DNA from: Prorocentrum cordatum
Taxonomy: Eukaryota
Assembly: GCA_963575745.1 (NCBI GenBank)
Contig: CAUYUJ010000002.1
Location: forward strand, 1,860,001-1,924,000
Reading direction: 5' to 3'
DNA: 64,000 nucleotides
Part shown: piece by piece, positions 48,797-61,325 of the stretch
How positions within the stretch are numbered: the stretch's first letter is position 1
Layout: every line of letters begins with the position of its first letter
Notes under the pieces: generated by a model
What the model was told of the DNA's origin: nothing
The model's database searches: none
The model's input: only the letters and a program-made list of their open reading frames with translations
Position numbers and translations under genes: made by a program

Positions 48797-50958
48797 GTGC
48801 GTGGGAACCACGGCTTGCCCGCCGACGAGGAAGGCGGGGAGCCCCAGAGGACCGAGACTTTCGCGACGCTCGCCAGCTCCCAGGAGACGCAGGAGGGCGC
48901 CGCGAGCCAGAACCAAAACCATAACCAGAGCACTGGCTCCAGCGTGGTGCGGCTGGAGGATGTTCGGGACATGGTTGCCAGCATGATCAGGGAGGCTGGC
49001 CAGCTTGCTCCCGCGGCGTCCCCACCCGCGCCGCCCGCGGTTGCTGAGACGGCCGCCCGCATTCCGCGGCCTGGGCGAGTGGGCGAACGGCAACGATTCC
49101 TGGGCGAGAGGTCGTGCTCCGGTTGGGACTGGACGCCAGCGCGGCCAGCCCTCCGACGATCGCCCGGCGGCCCGGGCTTCGTGGGACGCAGCAGCTGCAG
49201 ACGGGAGATGGAACGACCAGTCCAACGGCCAGGACTGGAGCGAGGACAAGCAGCGCTGGCACGACGACGACAAGCAACACCTTCGCTCGAACGATGGAGA
49301 TAGGTCGTGGTGGTCGTCGGGCGGGTACACGAAAGGAGACTACAGCGACCCACCAGCCTGGCCCGGCTGGCAACACTACCGTACTTGGAAGAAGGCGATG
49401 CAACGATGGGACCCACAGATGTGCCGACCTACAAGCGGCACGAGAAGTTCATCAAGCTGTTCACGTGGATGATGCAGACGCCCGTCGAGGACATCCCCGA
49501 GATCGACCTGGAGAGTAAGTCCTGGTTCAGCCACCTGCTCACCCGCCTCGACCGGATGGCCAGTGAGCGAGAGGGTGACGAGATCAGGCGTATCGGTCGC
49601 CGTGCACTGTTCGAGTGCCAGCGAGAGGTCAAGGAGACGCTGCAGGCCTTCGTCGATCGCCGAGAGAGACACTTCCGGGAGGCCGAAGGCGACGACCTCT
49701 GGATCTCGGACAAGCTCAAGGGCTTCATGATGGAGGAAGGAGCCTCAATATCACCGCAGGGGACGCAGAACATGAGGACCCCCACCCGCGGCGATCTGGA
49801 GTACATGAGTGCGTGTTGGGCCATCCGACAGCTGGACTTCTCCACGTCTGAGCGTCTGCTGCCGGGCCGTAGCGCTGGCAATTTCGCCGACGGGCCAGAA
49901 GCGACTGGCGGCGCCCCAGATCCCTCCTCCTCTGCCTTCCCCCACTCCACGCAGGAACAAGGCTGGGCCGAGGACGACGGTGCCGGACTCGAGAACGACG
50001 ATGAGCAGTCCGACGACGACTCCGATGACACCGAAGATATGTCACAGGACGAGAACAACGCCGTGCTGCTGGAGTTGCAAGAGATGGATCTCGACGAGGA
50101 CGGTGTCGAGAGCTACTTGGCCGGCCAGAAGAAGCGGACGCGGGGGGATTGCGAAGATTTCAAGCGGGCGGCTAAGAAGGATACCAGAGTCTTACCGCGG
50201 CTCGGGCAGGGACAGGCCTTCCGGCTCCAGCGGCCACCGGCCGCCGCCACCGCCCCGGGGTCGTTTCCCCGAGGCAGGAGCCGCAGGCTCGGCGGCCTTC
50301 CCCTCGAAGAGTCACCAAGGTCACCAGGGGCAAGAATTGCGGCGAGAAGGGCCACTGGAAGGGCGAGTGCCCGAAGCCGAAGGAGGACGACCCGACCAGG
50401 ACAGCAGGCGAGCAGCTGGCGTCCTGCGCGTTCTCGGGCTGCGCGGCGCCACCCGCTGACGACGCCTTGGCATCGCTTCGAGAACTCCGGGGCCAGATCT
50501 TCGAGATCTACCTGGCCGCTCGGCCGACGCGAGGGCTGGTGGGCCCACGCGCCGGCGGCGTTTTAGTAGGACTGGCTACCCTCAACCGCGAGGCGCTGGC
50601 GCTCGGCGGCCTCGGGATGACATGCGCGGCGGCGCCTCCAGGAGAGGGGTCGCCGAGCCGACCCGCCCGCGGAGTCGGCGGCCAGGCCAAGATCGCGGGG
50701 TGGATCCTGCCCCCATTGCCTCTGGGAGGCGCCCTCGGGCTCGTGGAGACCGCAGTGCTTCTCGAGGGCGTGCCGCGCATCATCAGCGTGAACCTCTTGG
50801 ATTTCCTGGGATGCGTCATCGACCTGCCGCAGAATCGCACGAAGGCCGGCAGGCTCGACGCTCGGGCGCCGCTTCACATGCTGTCGTCAGGACACAGGGT
50901 GGTGGACGTCGTGCGCCGTTGCCCCAGCCTGCGCGCGTCTCGCCGCATGCCCTCCTGA
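48797..50958 (+). mobile_element. Degenerate LTR-retrotransposon gag-protease remnant (no RT, integrase or LTR pair found)
   Basis: Gag-like: DPPAWPGWQHYRTWKKAMQRW...QREVKETLQAFVDRRERHFREAE...KLKGFMMEEGASIS..AIRQLD. Zinc knuckle GKNCGEKGHWKGEC at 50329-50370 (first Cys lost). Retropepsin-like GLVGPRAG (VDTGA position)...GVGG...VPRIISVNLLDFLGCVIDL...SGH. Confidence 0.85.
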
Positions 50959-51444
50959 AGTTCCTTTCTCTGCGGCCAGACTCTTTCTGCCTTGCCGTGG
51001 GCGGGCGCCCTCTCGAGATGGCCGAGGGCGGCTCGGTGTGCGCTGCGGCTAAGTAACTGCATGCCCCGACTTTTCCTTTTCCTCTTCCCCATGCTCAACC
51101 TCGGGGCCGCCATAGGGGGCAGCCCCAGGAGGAACCAGAGCGGGGTCTACTATGCCGTAGAGGACCCTGTCGGGATCCTAGGGGCCATGCACACGATTAG
51201 CGAGGCCCTCTTCTGCATCATGAGTCGGGCCCAGGGCAGCGAGGACACCCTCAGGGACCAGGAATGCGAGGCCGCGGGCGCCAGGGGCTGCCAGCCGGTC
51301 GCGTTGCGGTCGCGAGCTCAGAGGCCCCCTGGATCGGATAGGTATCATCATGTTTCGTGCAGAGCGATCCCCGATCCACTAAGGTTCAGGACCGACATCG
51401 GCGGGGGGCCGAAACTGACAGGACAGCCGCGGATAGCCTCGGAC

Positions 51445-51466
51445 TCTGTAGCCATCTCGGCCCAAG
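51445..51466 (+). other. Dinoflagellate spliced-leader relic
   Basis: TCTGTAGCCATCTCGGCCCAAG matches DCCGTAGCCATTTTGGCTCAAG at 18/22; all four differences are C/T transitions. Confidence 0.75.
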
Positions 51467-52167
51467 CAGTATCAGTTGGCTACAGCTCGCCGACTCAGCC
51501 ACGCCCCCCCAGGACGCTCCATCAGCCAGTGCTACCGATGTGGGTCCGTGGCGCAGCGTGCCTGGCGACGCTCGTCTCGACGGTTCTCAGCGTGGCCGAC
51601 GAGACCCCGCCGCCCCAGCCACTGGGTCGGGAGTCTGGCCCGCACCCTTGGACGAGGAGACGCCGGCGCTGACGCCGGGGAGCGTCGCCCACGACCCGCA
51701 GATTGCGGCGGCGGCAGCGCCGGGCCAGGGGCAGCAGGCCGCTCCAGCAGTCGACCCGGCGCAGTCAGCAGCTCCACGCGCGGGAGGTCGCGCCAGCGGC
51801 CCCCGCCCTCCATACAAGCCACCTCCAGGGCTGCGGACGTCAGGCAGCCGCGGTCGCCGGCCCGGCGCGGCCAACGCCGTGGAGGCGATCGCGGCTGTGC
51901 GTCAACGCCAGGTGGGCATGCCAGCACCGCCGGTCAAGCCGCCACCGCCGACTCTCAAGGCACTGCAGACGGCTAGGCCAGCGGGGGCGCCGCCCGAGGC
52001 GATCGTCGCCTACATGCAGGACGGAGCTCCAGTTGTCAACCAGGCCTGCATGGGCGCCCTGGCTCACGGGGCGACGCGACGCGGACTAGTACCAGCAAAT
52101 TCAGGACCTCCGAAGCCTCAGCCGGAGGTCCCGCCGCCGGGGCGGGCGGCTGCCGACCCTGAGGTTT

Positions 52168-52462
52168 GATGTGTCCAAAAATAGTACCTGTGAACATATG
52201 CAAAAAAGTACCCAGTGAACATATGTCCAACACATCGTACCTATTCAAATTGTTATGTTATGTTGAAAATGTGGTCAAATTCTTCAGCTTACGCCAGAAT
52301 ATGTACAACAAATATGACCTATTTTAAATAGATCCAAAAAATAGTACTTATTGAACATGTGTCCAAAAAAAGCAGTACCAATTGAAACTATGTCCATAGT
52401 CCTTATTTTAGAAAGGTTGTCAAACATGTCAAAAAACAGTACCAATTACATGTTGAGCCATA
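52168..52462. repeat. AT-rich degenerate tandem repeat, ~27-bp unit (ATATGTCCAAAAAATAGTACCTATTGAAC)
   Basis: Recurring ATGTCCAAAAA.AGTACC...GAAC words; abrupt drop in GC content. Confidence 0.85.
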
Positions 52463-52466
52463 TGGA

Positions 52467-52657
52467 GCCGTCTTGCGCCGTGGGCCGCAGGTGCAAAGAC
52501 CCGCGCAGCGCGCATAGCCTGCGCTGTACCATGTCATCGGGTATACTTGACACGCGTTCCCGATGAGTTTCCGAGTTTCCGATGAGTTCTTTCCGCATAG
52601 CGCAGGTTTTGCGCATTGCGCGGGCCGTTGCACCTGCAGCCCGCGGCCCAAGACGGC
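52467..52657. mobile_element. MITE-like element with ~61-bp imperfect inverted repeats
   Basis: 52467-52527 (GCCGTCTTGCGCCGTGGGCCGCAGGTGCAAAGACCCGCGC...) is the near reverse complement of 52597-52657 (...GCGCGGGCCGTTGCACCTGCAGCCCGCGGCCCAAGACGGC). Confidence 0.7.
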
Positions 52658-53747
52658 GTCGGCTCAAGATGGCCCAGAGACGGCTCAAGATGGCCCCGAG
52701 ACGGCGGGTTTGAATAATTGGGGCCGCGGTTCGTTAAATCAGCGGGCGCCGCGTTCAAACTTGCAAAGTTAGTGGGGCGAGAGCGTCATTTTGAACGCGA
52801 CCCGCCCTCCACCCGTGGAATTGTTGCCCTGAATGCCCCGAACCTCACTGAGGAGGAGGAGGGCGGGGGAGGGGGAAATGACGGAGGAGGAGGAAAGGGG
52901 GGGATATGTTGCACGTGTTCGGAGGAGAACGGATGGCGCGGAGGCGCCTCGCGCGATCAAGGTTGAACGCGCCGCGGGGTCCCATCTCGGGCCCCAGTGC
53001 TCGCAGGCACGGGGTCGCTGCGCGAAGTCTCCATCTTCGGGATCGAACGCTCCGCGCGGTGTCGGAAACCGCCGTCCGACGATCGGCGTTCTGGATCGAG
53101 CATGCTGGACTTCTTTGAGGCTGTCAAGAAGATAAACCAGCCTCCGCGGAGGCAGTTGTCGCGCTTCGCGATGGCGCAGCTCCCGTCGGCGGCGCCGATC
53201 GCGAAGGATCTCGAGGCGCAGCCGCCCGCGGCGGCGACCACGGCGGCGGCGTCGGGCGCGGTGAGCGTTGCCAGTTCGGCTGCGCCCACGCCGCAGGCCG
53301 CGCCGCCGCGGGCAGCCGCGCCGCCGCAGGCGGCCGCGCCGCCGCCCGCGGCCTCGCCGCCGCCAGAGGCGGCTGCGGCCTCGCCGCCGCCTGCACAGGC
53401 GGCGGCCACGCTCCGAAACGGCACGTCGACGCAGGCCATCTCCATTCGTCGCCGTCGTCGTCGTCGCCCTCCCCCGTCGTTCCGGCCCCGAGAACGAAGA
53501 CGAGATCGTCGTCGTCGCCGTCGTCGTCGGGGCCGCGGGCGGCGGCGAGGCCGCCGCCCGCGGCTCCGACGCCGCCCGCTGCCCACCAGGCTGCCGACGA
53601 CGACGCGCCCGAGCCCGAGCAGAAGCGGGCCAGGGTTCAGGAGACGCTCGAAGAGGCGTTGGCGCCCCTGTTGGACCGCCGCCGCCCCGCGCGCGGAGGG
53701 GGTCTCAGGGGTGGGGGGCTCGCCGACATCGCCCCCGTCATCGACGC

Positions 53748-54050
53748 GATTCCGATGGGTTCCCGATGAGTTTCGATGAGTTTTCGATGCGTTTCCGATG
53801 AGTTTCCGATGTGGTTTCGGTGATATTCCGATGAGTTGCCGATGGGTTTCCGATGATGTCGATGAGTTTCCGATGATTTCCCGATGAGTGTCCGATGAGT
53901 TTCGATGGGTTTCCGAAGATCGCCCCGATGAGTTCCCGATGAGCTCCGATGGGGCACTTGATGGGGTCTTGGATTTCTTGGAGGGATGTCAGATGTGTGA
54001 TGAGCGCTCATGTGCGATGACATTCAGATTCCGATGAGCTTCGGTGAGTT
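53748..54050. repeat. ~11-bp satellite (CCGATGAGTTT)n
   Basis: Directly visible; the same motif occurs at 52556-52590 and 55995-56140. Confidence 0.92.
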
Positions 54051-54193
54051 TTGCATCCGCAGCGCCCCGATCCATCCTTCCGTAAACACGTTGGCTCGAG
54101 AAGGCCCGATGGGGTTTTAGTTGCCCGACGCCATGCCCGACGCTCGGCCCTGCCCGACGCTCGGCCCTACCCGACGCTCGGCCCTGCCCGACG

Positions 54194-55830
54194 ATGTCCG
54201 ATGATGAAGGCGACGACGACTCCTTGTCGCATCGCGCTGCGAGCACGGACGTGGAGTTGCTGATCAAGGTGCTGCGCCCGTCCATGACGAAACCCGATTT
54301 CATAGCGCACAGAACCGACCTCTCGAAGCACCCAGTACCATTCGACAAGGCTCCATTATCGACCGAAGCAGCGATCCATCTCGCGCAGTCGGTCAGGACG
54401 CAGGCCGCGCCGGACTTGTCCATCGGCAAGCTCGCGTGCGGGAACGCGATCGAGTACTTGATCACCGAGATGGCAAAGTCCAACCAGCCGCCCTTGAATT
54501 TGATCGAGGGCGAGTCCAAGGTGCGCTACGTGAGGGACACAACGGCTAATGTGCGCACGCTGTGCAAACTCGTGGGGTCGCACTACCGCCGCAAGCAGGG
54601 CCCCCCGCGGTGGTGCAAGATCGCCATCAAGAAGACCGACGGCAACGAAGTGGGCGACGACGAGGAGGGCGATGACGACGACGAGGCAGAGGAGGAATCG
54701 CCCGTCTTGCGAAGGCCAGCAGGCCGCGGGGGCACAGCGGCAGAGGAGGACGACGATGGCGAGGACACGGTCGCGAAGAGGAAGCCCGCGCGCAAGCGGC
54801 CGGCAGGTGACAGCGCAGGTTCCGAGGTTCCGAGGTGCAGTACGTCTACAAGTTCAGTGAGGCTAAGCACTCGGCGGCGCGCATCGACCCGATGACGCGG
54901 CGGGAGGAGGTGTGCGACAGCTCGCGGCCAAGCCCGAAGGGCGGACTCATGATTGCCGCGTGGGCCGATGGGCAGGGGCGGCGCTACCCAGAGGCGCTGC
55001 AGCAGAAGGCAGGGAAAGCGGCGACGGGCAATATTGAGCTTCCTTGCAAAGAACTACCTGGCGGCTCAAATGTCTATATCGAGCTGAGGAGGGATCGGGG
55101 CCCAGACGACAAGCTTATCCTGATCATGCGCAAGTTCAAGGACGGCACCAAGGAGCAGCAGACGCAAGCGACCACCAGGCACTTTGAGAGCGAGGAGGCG
55201 GGCGTCAAGGCGTTGACCGAGCGGATCCTCATGATGTTCGTCCGCGACCCGACTACTACGAAGCAGCAGGCGATGGCGGCAAAGCTGGACTTCCTGAAGA
55301 AAATCGAGAAGGCGGTCGAAAAGGAGTGCCACAAGGAGGCCGAGAGGTTGGTCAAGCAGGAAGCAGGCACGGCGGCGGCGGCGCCCAAGCGGGGCGCGGC
55401 AGCTCGCAGGAGGCCCGCCGCCGCTACGCCCGCCGCCGAGGCGGCGGCGGCCTCCGACGCCGAGGTGGCTTCGGGCAGCGGCGAGGGCGAGGGCGCCGAG
55501 GCGGCTTCGGGCAACGGCAAGGGCGAGGACACGGCAGACGAGGAGCAGCCGACGGTCGAAGCAGCAGACGCTGCTGCAGGAGGCACCACGACCACGCCCG
55601 AGCAGAAAGGCAAGGGCAATAAGCGCCCCGCAGCGAGGGAGGGCCCGACGGCGAAGACCCCCATCCTGCGCATCGGCGTCGAGAAGGGCATCATAGGCGT
55701 CAAGGCTGCTAAGTCCGCGATGGCCACCTCCCCGCACAAGGCCATCTCGGGGCCGACGGGCACGCGCATGGGAGATGCACGCAGGCAGCTGGCGTCGGAC
55801 GACTCGTCGGACGATCGCGATGCCAACTAG
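54194..55830 (+). pseudogene. Intronless orphan ORF (~542 aa when repaired) split by an 8-bp tandem duplication
   Basis: ORFs 54194-54895 and 54835-55830 have protein-like composition and GC3-rich codons. AGGTTCCG is duplicated at 54817-54832, and removing one copy puts both ORFs in the same frame (offset 641-8=633). Confidence 0.65.
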
Positions 55831-55994
55831 CCTGGTGGGCCAGCCCGCGCTGTTCCAAACTTGATGGGGCACATGTGACACACTCCGCCTCGGCCCATCC
55901 GACCCCTCGCCATCCGCGGCGGCCCGACTCCCTCGGCTCAGCGATTGCGAGGGCCGCGAGGGCAATTCAGCGCATGATGCGACGTGGCAGCAGA

Positions 55995-56140
55995 GATAAC
56001 CGCGACGAGTTTCCGACGGCGCGATGATAATTCTTGCGCGTGGCACGATGTGGGCGCGGGGATAATCGCGATGAGTTCCCGATGAGTTCCCGATGCGTTT
56101 CGGTGGGTTTTCCGATAGGCCCCGATGCGCTTCCTATAGA
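55995..56140. repeat. Second block of the (CCGATGAGTTT)-type satellite
   Basis: CGATGAGTTCCCGATGAGTTCCCGATGCGTTTCGGTGGGTTTTCCGAT. Confidence 0.85.
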
Positions 56141-59100
56141 TCTGTCGGCGAGCCCACCCCCCACCCACCCCGCCATAACCATCGTGGGCAGAACGGGCGG
56201 GAGGGCGTCAGCTAGGATGATTGAGGAGCAGGGTAAGGATGGAGGTAAGATGAGGATTGTAAGAGTGATGCGGATGATGAGGATTGGGAGGGTGATGATG
56301 AGGAGGACGAGGGCGAGGATTGAGAGGGCGATGAGGAGGATGAGGGCGCTGAGCAGGATGGCCATGCGGAGGAGGGGCGAGCGTGGGGGGGGATCAGGAG
56401 TCGGGGCAGAGGAGAAGAGGAGGGCGGCGCAGAGGCGACGGCGATCGGGGCGGTGATCGGGGCGCATCTGAGGAATATGGTAAGGTTTTTTTTTGGTTGC
56501 GGGGGGGAGGGGGGGGGGGGGGGGGGGGATGGGGCGCGCAGATGAGGGCGGTGGAGAATATATCAATCGATGGGGGGGGGGGGGCGTCGCAGGCGGAGAA
56601 GGCAGGGAAGTCGGGCGAGGGCGAGGGCGCGCGCGGGGCGCGGGAGTGGGGGCGGGGGCCAGGGGGGGGGGTGAGACAGGGAAGTCGGGGGATGACGAGG
56701 GGAGGGCGAGGAGTTGGCGTAGAAGAGAATCTGAGGATGGGGGCATGGGCGATGGCGATCAGGGCGATGGGGAGGAATCTGACCAGTGGATGAGCAGGAG
56801 TTGTGGCGGATAGCGGCGGAGGAGGGCGTGGAGATGAGGGCGATGAGGGATGTAAAGCGGGCTGGGGCGGAGCGGGCGGCGCCAGCGACAGGGCGACCGC
56901 ATGGCGCGGGGCGCGGGCGCGGCAGCCAAGCTGCTCGGGCTCGTCGCGCAGACGGCGGACGGGGGCGCGATCTCGAGCGGCTAGGAGACGCACGGCTGCG
57001 AGGGCCAAGAGGGGGTCGTCTATGGGGAATACGCGTTGGGGGACACGCGCGCGCATAAGATATAGCAGTCTGAAGCATATTGATGACCGATTGCGGTTGG
57101 CTTTCAAAGTTCAGCTCGCGCCTGAGCGCCGCGCGCATTCAAACTAGAATCTCGCGACATCTTCACGGATGGGGATACTTCTGGGCGTAGGTCGGAGGAG
57201 GGAAGATGATACCATCGATTGAGGGTGGGGGGAGGGATGGGGTGGGGGAGGATCGGACAGGCACATAACTACACTTCGGGCGAGTGGATTAGCTTCCTGC
57301 GCAGATCCCCATATTCCAAACTTGCTGTTGCGACGTCGTCTTACGTATTGGTTCGCCCGCCGTTCGAGGGGGGCGATCGCGCCTGTCGGATTTGCCGGGG
57401 CCTCGACGTCGCTGGACAGCGTCAGCGTGGAATCAAGACTTGCGCCTCGCGAGCGAATTGGAGGATGAGCGCGAGGTGAGTCTTTTAGCTGCGGGGGGGC
57501 GCGGGCGTTTGCCGCCGCGCAGGGGCCCCGGGCAATTGGGAAACGCCCCGGGAAACGGAGGGCGGCAGGTCGAGGAAGAACGGTGGATTGGGAGGGCAAA
57601 GCAGCGGGCGGGAATGGGGGACATAGCGACCAGGCGAGATGTTCTGACAGGGGGGGCGACGTGGGCGGAGGCCGCAGTTGGAATTCCTTCGGATAGCCCT
57701 GGGACGTCCAGACACCTCCGCCCAGAGGTCGGCAGGGGGTTCAGCGGCCCTTGCCTTCCTGACTCTGCGGGCGGGGCGCGACGACGCACCCGACCTGTGC
57801 CCCGCCCCTTTCGCCAGGTGCCGGTCTGCACGTGCTCGCCCCGCGCGAGACATCCAGCGCGTTCAGAACTGCACTTAGCCAGGCACTAGGTGTAGTTATG
57901 CACGCGCTGGTTTCGCCGGAGACATCCCCACAAAACGGAGCACTTATAGAACTACACCCAGCCAGCGGGGCGGGGCGCATGTCGGGCGTCGCGACTCGCG
58001 CCCCCAACGCGTGCCGCGCCCTGGCCGCTAAGTGCAGCCCTGTGCGCGCCCCCTTTTCGCGAAGCATCGGCTGCCCACGCTGCCCATCGCCGCGGCCCCG
58101 CCCCCTGGGCCGCTTCCCGCCGACATCCCACGTCCCCTGGTTCAGCGAAGCCAGCCGTATGGTTGGGGGCCTCGAAGTCGCGCAGCCCGCTTCCCTCCCC
58201 CGCCTGTGCCCCGGCAGCGCATCCGCGATCCGATCCCCCGCGCTTTCGAGTTCTTCTTCGTGCTGGATCCCCCGTCCGAGGGTGAAACGCATGTTCGCGC
58301 TATGATTGTTTTTCGCGGCAGCCGCCAAGCCTCGCCGTGAAAGGTGGCGATCGCTTCCACGCTCGGCGCGCAACGTCGTCGGCGCGACCATCGCCGCCCA
58401 TCGTAGGTCGCGAGGCGGCGTCCGTCCACCCAGACCGACCGACGCGCCAAATCTAATCATGATTGCCGCCCCTGGCCCCCGCAACAAGGCGCAGTTTGCC
58501 TGCGCGCAGTTGTAGATGCGTTCGAAAGGAGGAGGGGCAGGACGAGAGTGGACGACGAGGGGGGGAGGGGGGGGGATGAGGGCAAGGGGGAGGAGGGAGG
58601 GAGAGGGGGAAGATGAGGGGGGGCGAGGGGAGGGGTGGGAAGGGGGATGAGGAGGAGTAGGAGACCGAACGCACCAACCACCATTGTCTCCGTCCCATCC
58701 TTAATCGATGTAGATGCTGTCGCCCTCATCGCTGCTCCCGATCGTTTCGACATCGTTGTCCGTCTCGGAGCTCGCGATGCATTCGACGTCATCGAGGGGC
58801 CTCGGGGGGGCCCTGGGCCGAACGGCGATCGATCGATCGATCGATCGCCAATCGGTCCACGGATCAGTCCCATCGGGGACGGGGGCCCGCAAGGGCCACT
58901 AAGTCCGCGACGGCGGCTGCGGCGGCGGCGGCGGCCTCCACCACCGCGCCGCCCACGTGCGACGCATTTCAAGTCTGATCCATCGGATGGGGGGGGGGCC
59001 ATACCCAGTATCCAAAAGGCTTTAAAGCGAGCGCCACCTCTACGCGCATGCCTGGCCAAGCTGCGGATGGGGAGGAGGCGGAGAAATAGCAGGGCGAGGG

Positions 59101-61152
59101 GGGGGGGAGTAAGGAGGAAGAGGAGGAGGGCAAGGGGCCCTCCCCCCCCCCCCCCTTCCGAGCGAGGGCGGCAGCGGCATCAGGAACCGAACCGACGAGG
59201 GGAGGGCGTGAGAGACCAGCGAATGAGTTCCTGCGTGCGAAGAAACAATACGCGGGGACGACGGAGCACTCTCTGGACAGACTTGGGGGTGAGAGGAGGG
59301 CAGTGCTCGCAAGTGTGGATGGAGGGGAGGGGGCGCCCCCCTCGCCGATATAGGACATCTTGAACCTGCCCGACCGCCTGGGCAGCTGGCCAGATCGCTG
59401 GGCCCGCCGCAAGGGCGGCGCAGTCGAAAGCGGCCGGGGGGGGGGGGGGGTGCGAGGATGGAGGAGGCGGGGGAGGGGGCGATGGTGGCGATGAGGGGAT
59501 TGGGGGGACTTGACGCGCATGAATGAAGCAGAACAGGCTGACATCTTGCGGACGCGACAGGTTTTCCCGTCAGGGCCTCCGTTGTCTCTCAACCCGCTCA
59601 CGCACTTCCTACCGCACCTTGTGCCTGAGGAGGGCGACTGCGTCGGCACCGACGGCCTGTGCCCGCCTGACGAGGACAACCGCAGCGTCGACATCGCTGG
59701 CTACCCGGAGCCCACGGACATGGACACGGAGCACATGGAGGCACCTCCTGGCGATGGCACGGAGATGGCGGCCGATGAATATTCACATCATTTTGGGTCG
59801 ATATTAACGGGCGAGGAATTCGAAGCTCAAGTGCAGGCTGCCGTGCGTCGCTCGAGGAAGGACAAAGATGGGCCGTCTGACCCTACGGCCTCATCCTCGA
59901 GGCCACCACCCGCTTCTCCTCTCTCTCTCTCTCTCTCTCTCTCTTTCCTGAAGAACTGCGCGAGACCACCTCGTCCTGCTGCGCCGACGACGGCTTCAAC
60001 GAGACGGTGGCGGCACATGGGCTTGGGGGTATCTACCCAGATGGGTCAGTGGGTGCTGCGAAACGGACAATGGCAGGCCCTACGATGGTCGCCTCCCCCA
60101 CGGGGCCCATTGATGCGGCTTCCTCGTCGGCTTCAGCTACAGCAAGTGCAGATACCTTCAACAGTCTTCGGCGTTGGAACGCTCTGGTGCGTGATGCCGT
60201 GATCGCCGCTCGGTTGGCCGCGGGATCTTCAGAGCTGCTCTCAGGCCGACAGATGGCGCACGCGGTGGACATCCTGAACGAGCACTTCGTGCTTTCCGAT
60301 GAGCAGCGGTGCCTGGTGATCTGGATTCTTCAGAACCCTGACAGTGCTCTGGGCGGTGAAGAAGGCGGCGGTCTTTACCTCGAGCTGCAGGGGGCGATAG
60401 GCGTAAGTGACAGCCAATCTGGAACAGGCTCTGCTCAACCATCCCATATGGGGACACAAGGTTCAAGTGATTCTCGCCCGCGGGTTAATGGACACCAATC
60501 GCGCCCGCGTCTCCTGGCCGACCAACCCTACAGGAGTGCCACCGCTACCTGCAGAGGCTCCACATGGTTTCGGACAGCATGATGAGGCTTGTGATGCGGA
60601 TGCCCAACTACCAGGCAGTGCTGCTCTTGATGATGATGTACCTCCTGACAGCGCTGCTACAGCCTCATTCTCGCCGCCTGCTGTTGCGGCCTCTTCTGAC
60701 AATGGCGCCTCGAGCATGAGCGAGGACGATGGCGATGTACTGCTTCACCTCCTGGAAGCAGAAGAGGACGCGGACAACGAATTCGAGGCGGCCCACTCTG
60801 CGGGCATGGTTTCTGCTGATCCTCTTGCGGACACAGGAGATCCTGATGACCAACATGCGGAGATTACTGCTCTGCTTCTGGCAAATCCTGGAGAAGTGCC
60901 CACTGTGGACAGCGTCGGCGACGTTCGTCCTGCTGGCTCTGTTCCAGAAGGTTGCGCCTTTCTGCTTGACGGCGCTGCCGTCGCTGGCGCGTCGTCCGTC
61001 TTCGCCAGCTTCCACCGCGACGACCTCGACGACCAGCTCGACTCCTCGGAGGAGGGCCTGAGGACAGGCCCCGCGCGGGCCGCGGGCGGAGCGCCCCGAG
61101 CTGCCCAGGGCAGCGATGCGGCTGGGATGGGGACTCCTCTCGAGGCGTGGGC

Positions 61153-61325
61153 TCCTTCTCCTCCTCCTCCTCCTCCTCCTCCTCTTCCTCCTCCTCCTCC
61201 TCCTCCTCCTCCTCCCCCTCTTCCTCCTTCCCCCTCCTCCTCTCCCTCCTCTCCCTCCTCCTCCTCCTCCTCTTCCACCTCCTCCTCCTCCTCTTCCTCC
61301 TCCCCCACCTCCTCCTCCTCCTCCC
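61153..61325. repeat. (CCT)n tract
   Basis: Directly visible. Confidence 0.95.

Noticed and set aside
58824..58849. 26-bp perfect palindrome GGC(GATC)5GCC
   Set aside because: A trivial consequence of a self-complementary tetranucleotide repeat
59510..61150. Overlapping acidic, protein-like ORFs (59510-60202, 60007-60582, 60407-61150)
   Set aside because: Possibly a decayed coding region, but I could not identify a family motif or splice structure
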